From NCBI GenBank assembly GCA_977030845.1, contig OZ365115.1, positions 5,890,001-5,954,000 of the forward strand: a stretch of 64,000 bases of DNA. Direction: 5' to 3'. Below, one piece after another: positions 11,401 through 20,500 of this stretch; the first letter of the stretch is position 1, and each line of letters opens with the position of its first letter. The translations under genes were made by a program, and so were the position numbers. This DNA comes from Fimbriosthenelais zetlandica. Its lineage: Eukaryota. The notes under the pieces were generated by a model. That model worked only from the letters and a program-made list of their open reading frames with translations, did not search any database and was not told the DNA's origin.

Positions 11401-13343
11401 CCTATTTAATACAATATTGAATCTATTACTAACTGCAACTGCGACAATTTTCTGCCTTGGCTAGGTGAGAGGGGGATGATGGAAAATGGTGCTGAAGTGA
11501 ATGCAGGTGGAGATTACCGAGTGTTGCACCAACAAGAGAACAGGCCACGCAAAAACTCCAAATGTCCTGGTAATTGTTTTACTCATACATACAATACTTA
11601 CACAATTTCTGCTAGAATATTCATACCTTAAAATTATTTTTGAGGTGACACCAGATACAAATTAAACTAGAATCTCTTTGCAGGCTGTAACCCACCAGAA
11701 GATCTGAATGAATCCTTGGAGCACAGTCGTGAGTACCACATCATGATTGAGACAAACCCCTACACATGTGCCATGCATCGACAAATACGAGAGGAACGTG
11801 AGTAACTTTAAGGAGATGGATATTTAAAAGAAAACCATGAACAATCATAAAATATCCCAAAACTTTTCTGTCGGCAGATCACATTGACATATTGTCGACA
11901 ATTATCAATAAGAAAATGATACATGTATTAGTGTCGTTACAAAATTAGGAAAACACTCACCAAACCTGTATTGATGTGAAGAGCTTGAAGAATATGGCGT
12001 GCATTATAATGCATTCCATATACATTTATCATCAGATTATGCAAGCTAATCGCGTCAGGTTTTCTAACATCCTTTATAGCTCTTTTAATTCTTTCTCCAT
12101 CAGAACGTAGCAGAGCCCACGTGATGGTAGAGAGAAATGAGAGGCAGTGTCGCCCGCTCATGGCTCTCCAGAATCAGTCCAGAGAGACAGAGACAGACAG
12201 AGAGAACAGGGATCCCTACGACATCAGCCTCCTCTCTGACTCGGATGATGACCGGGTCAGTCTTTATTTTTTCATACAATTTACGAGCTAGATGAAATAT
12301 ATTGAGATTTTTTTTATTGCACAAATTTCGACAATGATGCCGGTTTGGTAAATATATAATTAAATTAAACAAACATGCATATTGCCTTTTACTACTACTG
12401 CAAATAAAGTTCTCCTACTTGACAATATTCTTGGATGGACTTACAGTCTTGCTCCCTCAAAAAATGTAACGATATTTAAAATCTTTCATGGTGATTATAT
12501 TATATTCTTTCAGAGAGTGTTGCCCCTCTCTCCAGACTACCAGCCTAGATTAAGAGTTAGAGCCTCTCCTTCCGACGGCGGCAAACGTGGAACTCCGCCT
12601 CACAGGAGGGCACGGGTGCCTTATACAGGGCAAGAACTCTTCAATCTGAACGATGTATGTTCCCATTTTCAAATGTTAGTCAAATGATAATCACCTAAAT
12701 TTGGATGCTTTAAAGTTTTATGACAATTTGTTAAATGAATAATATGCATAAAATCTTTGGTTACTATTTCAGGGTGTGCGCAAGTTAGGTAAATTCTGGA
12801 ATCAGATCTTGGTCACTTACGAATTCCATCCATCGCGTACCGCTGTAGACCTCATGGAAAAATACAAACGTCTGCAGGTACGGTGAAGATGCTGCTAGAT
12901 ATCATGATCCGTAGAATAGATATTGTAGGCATATATTATCAATCTTAACTCCAGGCTTAATTTGGAGAATAGTAATAGCCTGCACTAGTTAACGCAGTAC
13001 CCGACTAGAGTCGCCACTGTACCATGAACTCTGTTCTATGAATTCTGGTCTGAAAATCTCCTGGAAATTGCTTTTAACACATCCTTTGTAATGATAAAAT
13101 AAATAGTCACTTTCTCTCTCGTTTTAATTGTAGCGAAGTCAGCAGCCCGCAAGCCGTTCGCCGCACCCACCCCCACCCAGGACACCTTTCTCCATGGCGG
13201 AGGAGAGACGTCTCATTCGGGGTGTCAAACTCTTTGGACACAGGTGGAAAGTCATCGCTCGCGCCTTCGAATTTGCTCCAAACCGCGAACCGCAGGATCT
13301 CAAAGATCACTGGCGGATCATGCAGCAACAAGCACAGAGTTGA
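2430..13343 (+). CDS. TERB1: Telomere repeat-binding bouquet formation protein 1 (TERB1/CCDC79) ortholog, ~1338 aa, 20 coding exons
   Basis: Exons 2430-2463, 2692-2802, 4929-5057, 5408-5539, 5785-5845, 6312-6454, 6671-6793, 7488-7637, 8295-8426, 8542-8667, 8775-8904, 9105-9639, 9804-9935, 10048-11299, 11465-11569, 11684-11797, 12104-12255, 12514-12654, 12773-12877, 13134-13343; total 4017 nt, all phases compatible. The translation contains [55 protein letters not shown] and [26 protein letters not shown]. These match human TERB1 as I recall it (EMKTDLNLLLECL, LVSNN, CVNNPQNDENQMFC, IGLTLANN, RCSGC..PYQCDRH, GVKKMGNHWNSIL..RKAVDLAHKYHKL). Confidence 0.93.
3355..4284 (-). CDS. Secreted Frizzled cysteine-rich-domain-only protein (Fz1/2/7-like CRD, 192 aa), nested in TERB1 intron 2
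   Basis: Exons 4284-4055 and 3703-3355 (579 nt) splice to ...CSPVLK|[25 protein letters not shown].... The protein is a hydrophobic signal peptide, a 10-Cys CRD ([36 protein letters not shown]), a Thr-rich linker and CHCTCTNP*. No 7TM or netrin domain. Minus-strand AATAAA at 3090-3085. Confidence 0.9.
6957..7348. mobile_element. MITE-like element: ~42-bp imperfect terminal inverted repeats (6957-6998 and 7306-7348) in TERB1 intron 7
   Basis: tagagttgttccctattcccaacagttggacgtcctgaactg versus the reverse complement of the right arm, tagagttagctccctactcacaacagttggactccctgaactg. The interior is non-coding with a poly-C tract. No TSD confidently identified. Confidence 0.45.
7088..7155. repeat. 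Poly-C / CA low-complexity tract
   Basis: ccccccccccccc...cacacacac visible directly in the sequence. Confidence 0.8.
7711..8310 (+). repeat. 39/40-bp tandem minisatellite derived from the intron 8/exon 9 junction of TERB1
   Basis: Unit ttataattgtag|gtgagctaggtaagg(ttgtg/aatgtc)ttatgtg. Twelve well-conserved AG|GT junctions at 7861, 7900, 7940, 7979, 8019, 8058, 8097, 8137, 8176, 8215, 8254 and 8294, plus degenerate copies at 7722-7850. No unique spacers. Confidence 0.95.
12605..12877 (+). other. TERB1: TERB1 Myb domain 1 (vertebrate-TERB1-like), split by intron 12655-12772
   Basis: [52 protein letters not shown]. Confidence 0.88.
13134..13343 (+). CDS. TERB1: TERB1 terminal exon encoding a second, telobox-like Myb domain
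   Basis: Strong acceptor ttctctctcgttttaattgtag|; phase 0 matches donor CAG|gtacgg at 12877. Translation [74 protein letters not shown] follows at 13592. Confidence 0.85.
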   Translation, partial: RSQQPASRSPHPPPPRTPFSMAEERRLIRGVKLFGHRWKVIARAFEFAPNREPQDLKDHWRIMQQQAQS

Positions 13344-13591
13344 ATCTCCAAGTAGGTCGCCTCATTTTTCTGCTTGCCTCAAATGATACTTACAATGTTG
13401 AAAATGAATGCCAACTATTTCGTGACTATTGGTTTGTATATAGACTGCCTGACTGTTCAGCCATATGACTTGCTGCACTTGGCTTAAATTCTTATTGGAT
13501 ATCCGTTCGAATATTATCTAAAATGATCACTTGTTATTCGTATGAAGTGTACAAAAATTATATGATGTGTCGGTTCCAATCGTTGCACTGA

Positions 13592-13597
13592 AATAAA
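13592..13597 (+). terminator. Candidate polyadenylation signal of TERB1
   Basis: AATAAA ~250 nt after the TGA at 13341-13343. Confidence 0.4.
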
Positions 13598-14560
13598 GGA
13601 GGCTAAAGTTTTCAGAACATTTGGAGATTTATCTCCCGAAGTTGAAGTCTCTTGAAAAAAAAAAAATATACTTTGGTTATTATTAATTATTACACATATA
13701 TATACATTCCAAAATGGATAGTTGACATTTATTTCTCAAGATATGTACATCTGTTCTTTGATTATATTGGATAAACTTCTGATTAAGTTCTACACCAAGG
13801 CTGCCACTTGATTCTAATCCCGATAAAAATTGTAGCAAAGTGATGATAAATTATTTGGGGGTTAATATGACAATTAATATATTATAGTCTATTTAATACA
13901 CTACATATAAATCATTTACACCAACATACGTATGCACAACATACGTTCTTCAAAGCATAAAAATGGAGAAGATATATGGATATATGCTTAGCTATACACA
14001 GACAATATCATGATGGTTCGTACTAGCTCTTTTGGATCAACAATCTAATAATTCTTATCGTATTAATTTGAAGATTGGGTATTCATATAATTGATATACC
14101 TTCATGACTCAGTTTCTGTGTGGACCACTTCCCTCAGGATAATATTTTACAGGTGTCACAGTCTAATGTTGCTTTATAATATTATATTGGGCTGGAGACC
14201 AGAGAGGGCAAATGTCTGGTTCCGTGTGTGATATAAGGTAAATGTCCACTAATGTGCTTGAAAGTGTTATTATGAACCAATAATATGTACATGATGAACC
14301 CCCAATTTGGATAATACTCTGATTAAGTCCAGTGCTTGCGGTGAAATAAAAAAACTCTTAATGTCTAGGGGACCTGATCGTGCTCGTTCATGCGGATGGG
14401 GTGACTGCAAGCACTGTCCAGTTCTGGTATAAAGAAAATCATTAAACATTTAATTTATTCTCAGTTTATAGAGACTGAGTCTGATGTGTATCAGTGAAGG
14501 GGTAAAGGGGTAGAACTGTTGATACTAACAATGTAAGATTTACATATCTCTCTCCTCCTG

Positions 14561-17500
14561 CTATGGTAGTACATGTACCGGTATGGCATCTTTAGGCATG
14601 TCATACTTGGCTGGAGTTAGACCTCCATATTCCCCATTTTGACTCGAGGAAGAATATATCGGCCTTAACGTGGCATCGTCCACATCATTTTCCCCTCTCT
14701 CCTCTGCCAGGCGTGCCCGACCGAGGATGCGTTCCATCCTCTCTCGTTCTCTCTCTTCTTCGTCTCGTCGAGCCACCAACTTCTTGATGAAGTTGAACAC
14801 CAGTAGATCTATGAGTTCAAACACTGTCAGCACACTGCCCCCTAGTAGCAGACCCATGAATCCTCCAACATCACCTAGTGAGGAAAAAGGCCAAACATTT
14901 CGACATAATACTTTCGCAGCAGTTTGCCAGGGAGATTGAAATTTAGCAACTGACAATCATGAGGAACTGAAAGGAGTTTGCTTGGTATGGCCTACCTAAG
15001 AATTGTGTTAGTTCATATGCACGTATTTGTTTCACTGTTTGGTGCTTCAGTTGAGCAAAGTAGACATCCATGGTTAGGAAATTATCCCTGTATGTGAACA
15101 AAACCAAAATATTTAACACCAAGGCAATTAAGGAAGAGTTTTATCTTGTATTGCTTTGTGACAATCTTACTATGACACTGAACCCCTTCAATGTACTGGC
15201 AGAATTCCAATTCATTACTCTGTGGCAAATATTTGACAATCCATGACAATAATACTCACAGTACAAATCGGTGGGCTATACTCCTCTGCTTGACAAACTC
15301 GAGGTATGCTGTCTGAATATCAGCCATGGAGTCAATAAGCTTCTGTTTGTTGAAAATGAGTTGCTCCTCAAAACTGTCCACTTCCTTCAACAGTTGATCA
15401 CAGAAGAACATCAAGGCATCATGGATGTATCGCTTAGCATGGTCTCTCACAAAGATGCGCATTGTCATATCTCTGTTCCATACCTGACAAAGAAAATACA
15501 ATGCTATAATTAAACAAGATACTGTGTCTTTGGAAGCCATGAATTTTTCTCTGGTTATTTCTCACATGCTGCGTTCTGGGGTGATTACATTACCTTCCAG
15601 TGTTCTCGGCCTTTATCATTGACTCTCTCTGGACTGTCCAGGTTGGGTATTGGTTCTCGCCAGATCTTCATCTTGCTTGATTTTTCATAGAATATGAAGT
15701 CATCTAGGTACTTCTCCAGGTGGTTTGCGTCACGAAGAGCTTCCATATAATACTTCAGTAAGCTGTCTCGAATTGACTGAAATAACATGAATGGCATATT
15801 GATAGTGTCAAGCCACTAAATGAATCTGCATGTTATTTTATTGGCTTATCCATTGAGGGACTCCTGAACAAAATATGATGTTGGCTGTTACCTCAACAAA
15901 GACATTGAGTAGCCTCTATCTAATAATTTATCCATACTTATGTTAAACATTGATATGTAACAACTTTGTTTGCAATATTACCTGTATGCTTGAGCGAAGA
16001 GGAGTTGTAAGTCGATTCTCAATCCGTTCCACAAAAGTGTTGATATTGGAAAGATCAGTTGAGCTCTGGTCATCTGGCTTGAACTGTTCTAAATAATCCA
16101 GTTTACTCACTTTGTTATAGATGTATTTCTGGTACAGGCTATTTACATTTTCTTCATCCTGTTCAAGAATATGTGATTCAGACGTAAGGTTATAGTTATT
16201 ACCAAGCAAGACATTTTGCTGTTTAAAGACACTTAGTTCTTTGGTCATTGATGCCATACGTTGTCTGGTCTTCTCTAGAACCATGTCATACTCCCCTAAA
16301 CACTCCTTCAGGGTGTTGAAATAGGTCATGTAGGTAAAAATCCCTTCCCTCATTTCGTTGACCCGCTCTTTATCAAAAGGACCTAGTGTCTCTCCATCTG
16401 TCTGATCCTCAAAGCCCTCCAACAGTAAGGCAGCTCTCTTTAATGTTGCTGACACTTTGCTCAGTGAGTTATGGCACAATTCCTCATCAGCAAATAGAGT
16501 TTTGGGGAGTTTCCTCGTTTGTCTGTTGATCTGCATGGCAGGAGAGCCCTGTCCATTCTCCTCAAGGTCCGCGATGAGACCCTGCAGGGTCTCGTGCATC
16601 ATTTCAGACTGAGTGATGCATCGACGGGAGACCTCGGTGAAGAATCGGTGCGTGGCGTTTTGTCTAATTGAGAGAGTCAGAAGCTGATCTACTTCCTTCA
16701 AACACACCTGAAAGCAGAGTTTGATGAAGTCTCGGTTAGTTTGAAAAACAAAAAGTGATCTAATACTTAGATAAGAGCAGCTGGTCTTGCATATTGGATG
16801 TACCTGTCAAAACCTATTCGATATTCTTCACCACCTATTCGATAGTATCCCACTCTATATACCATTGTGTTGTGTCAAACAATGCCAGAAATGAGCTTAG
16901 AGTTGTCTTTCTTAGCAATTTCAGGCACAATTTAATGGTTATTCTATCCAATTATACTTGACAAAAGGAGGAAAATATTTAGTTTTAATTCTCAGCCTTG
17001 GTGATTTGACTTGTTTTAAATGTTGCACTTTAACCGTGATGAGACTTACCTTGGTATCACCGAGGTAGATGTGTAGGAGATCTATAGTATCAGAGTATGA
17101 ACTGTTATAGGCGCTGGAGTAACTCTCTACGTCCTCCAGTAGGTTCTTTATGTCGGCTATAGCCAGGTCTACCAGCGTCTGTGAAGCTGTGTCCATCTTA
17201 GCAAACTTAGAGGATTTCATATCTCCCAGGTTGGAGCGAGCATAACCTATCAGTTCCTGATACTTCTGTAATACATCTGTTGGAGAAAAAATTGAAATCC
17301 CAATCATGTTTAGGCAGGATGACATTAGTAAATTGATGTGAGAACTATGCTACATTTGCATTTGGAGTATATAATTGATTGTGGCTTACTTTTCAGAAGT
17401 TTGAGATCGTCTTTGAATCTTTTCTCACTGACCCGTTGTTTGGCATCCAAAGCTTGGTGGTAGCGGGCACGAAGGTTCTCAACATTATTACCCCGCAGTA

Positions 17501-20500
17501 TATAACCCACACTCAAGTAGGACAGACTGGCAGAGGAGAGCGATGGTTCAAACACTGTCTGATAACATGGTTTTGGACATTTACACTGTTTATGACCTAA
17601 ACTTGGTTTATCTGGAAAATGGAAGATATTTATAAGAAAAAAACATGCACAAACAGGCAATTCCATACGATTATAGTAAATTGCCTGTTGAGGGATTTAA
17701 CCCTCGTACAGGTAAAATAGATTACAAATCTCTGGACTTACTGATTGCAGGCAATGCGCAGTCGAAGTATGTTGTCAAGTTACAGATTGGTGGGTAATCT
17801 GAAAGTTGAGTATACAGTACATTAAACGTACTTTTTATACCTCCTAATTCTGTGGTTAAATCTATATCAAAATGATTTAATATTACTTCGGGCAAATATC
17901 TGCTGACATATCTCAATATTGATTACATACCTCCTAAGACAGGCATGTATGCGTCACGACATCCACATTGCTTGATGACATCAAATGTCTCGCATTCCCT
18001 CACACATGCTGAATGGATGTACTTGTCATAGAAGTAGAGATCTTTGACGGCACAGTCTCCCCAAGGTGCTTCCAGATTCTCAGCCTGGAAATTATAATTT
18101 CAAAATTCCAACTGGTGCATTTTGCCAGAGAAATAAGGAAGACCAATTGAAGGCAGTGAACTTAAGAACTTGACTATTGCTTAGTGCAGTAACACACACC
18201 AACTGGCTGGCCTGGTTTAAGAAATGAAATTTAAGCAATTGAAAGCGTTATTTTTGGACTTTTTAGCACTTACCTCGTTTAATCTGATGCCTACCAGTGT
18301 GTGAGTGCCTGGAGGAATAGCAAAGCCCAGGTCCCGTACCTGCGGTAGCTCTTCTTTGGTGTGAAGAAACACCTGGAATGTTTAAATCATTTTATACGCA
18401 AAGAACAATAAGAAACTCATTGCCCTGTGGACAATTGTGATTGTAAAGGTTCATTTGTGACCGACGAGCCTAAATATTTCAATTGATAAATACCTTGATG
18501 CCAGCATCACTCTGTGGTCCATTCATATAGTCGTACTGCTCTATGTTCAATGTGAGACTTAGACCAAATCGTGAACCTGTGGAATGGCGAATCACAGAGA
18601 TAATACACTTATATCTCTTATAACATATAATTCATAAATCAAGACTATCGTGTATGTTGGAAGCTAAATATCAAGAGATACTCGACCTGTTTTAGCTGTT
18701 TTCACTATATGTTTCCTGTTGTTAAACGTGTAGCAGACGCCATAATCTGTCACCTGCTTAGTCAGGTTCACATACGAACATGGATGGCCTTCCCATTTAC
18801 AACTGAAAAGAAGTTGATACGAGTAGTTTGATTTCATTGAGTCCTCATTGGACATGCTATCTGAATGAACCATAGGGAATGAAATGAACATTTACCTGTA
18901 TATGAAATCCTGCCCTTGGTGGGCGGTCCTCATGTAGATCTCTGTCAGATTCATTGCTACACCTATTGGTCGATTTGTTGTTGGAGGCTTGTTGATGGAA
19001 TGTGCCACATTATCGCTAACTTCATCTACAGCTGGCTTGATTTCTTCAGTCGTATTCCCCATAACTGCAGATATATCAGTGAATACATAAGTGAAACTAT
19101 TTACCCAAAATACTGCGAGTGAAAAGACACCAAATGAAATGTTTAGGCATACTTACTGTTACAGGAAATTTCGTCTTCTGCTTCATGACAGTTGGGCACC
19201 CCATCACATGCCAACCCGTGTGGTATACATGTGAACTTAGCTGTACAGGTGGCCTCTTCCTGAGAACATGCTGGCAAAACACAAAAGTACTCCTTGCTCG
19301 GATAAAAGTGTCAAAATGCAGGCAGCAAACGGTTTTGCTGGCTCACATTGTTCTTTTGGCACTACTGCAGAACTATAAGAAAGTCTGTGAAAGTGAACGG
19401 GAGAACTCTGTTCTTTAGCCCCGGCAATGAGAATGATTTCATGATAGTGGTTATAACAGAACTTACTGATGTTTGGACATATTCCTTCTGTAATGATGAC
19501 ATCATCGAGTCCACCTCTCATCTGCTCACCACTCATCACAAAACGTAACCGGTAATAGCCCTCAGGTACCTCAATCTGAAACAGTGAGAGTTTTACTGGC
19601 TTTTTATCAAATCACCTTAATTGAGGGATACATGCAGACAAGGCTAGAGATATTCAGCTTGAGCCAGCTTTGAAATTTTCATCCCATTCAGAATTTCAAT
19701 TCAACTTTTTGTCATTCAATACATTGGACTCTGTATGATGTCCTTGCATGACAAAATCTCATCACAGAAATCTGAGAAACTGTCGCACAAACTGTTATAC
19801 TACTGTAGAATAACTTACCTGCGCTGTGTGCCATGAGTTGTCAGTAATGGCACGCACACTCCACACTGTCTCCGGGGCATCCCGCCAGTGGTCCAGGCTT
19901 AGAGATAAGGTATTCACTAATGCCCCCTGGTGGCCAGTGCCCTGGAGGAAATAATAGAAGTGTAGGCAGGAGGTGTTGGTTACCAGTTGGTAGGGCGATA
20001 ACAGCATATTGGATGATTTGTGCTCCAAATGGTCACTCGTCCTCAGATAGTAAGATCCTGAAATCAAATAGTTGATATTTGTATCTTACTGCCTCCTAGG
20101 TTGATTCTGGTGAGATTATGTAATTCTCTGAATACAAGAAATTATAGATATGTTCAGATGGAAGTGGTATTCTATGAATGAAGCCTTACCAGGCGAGGCA
20201 TCACTATATTCCTTGCTTCTGATCCATTTGACGGGCCCTGATGAGGCATCCTGATACCCACAGTAATCCTCATCCACAAACGTGCAATTAAAACTGCCAT
20301 ACACTTCTACAAGACACCAAATCAAAGTACTTATTAAGGCATTTTGCCATTTAAACTGCACTTTGCATGATATCAGTGCTTGAAATAGAACAAGATATTG
20401 CTTATTGCCCTGAACTTCTAATTTTAAAATCTCAGTCTGTACTTCTCTCACCTTCGTCATAACATTTTCCGGATTTCATGTTGATGTCCCTGATGCCCGC

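Noticed and set aside
13107-13331. Minus-strand 74-aa ORF and plus ORF 13244-13468 from the track
   Set aside because: Shadow or out-of-frame ORFs over the real plus-strand Myb2 exon of TERB1.
19300-19370. Extra exon [12 protein letters not shown] between MAM4 and LDLa2
   Set aside because: No usable donor leaving a plausible intron before the 19270 acceptor; the direct 19467-19270 splice is in frame.
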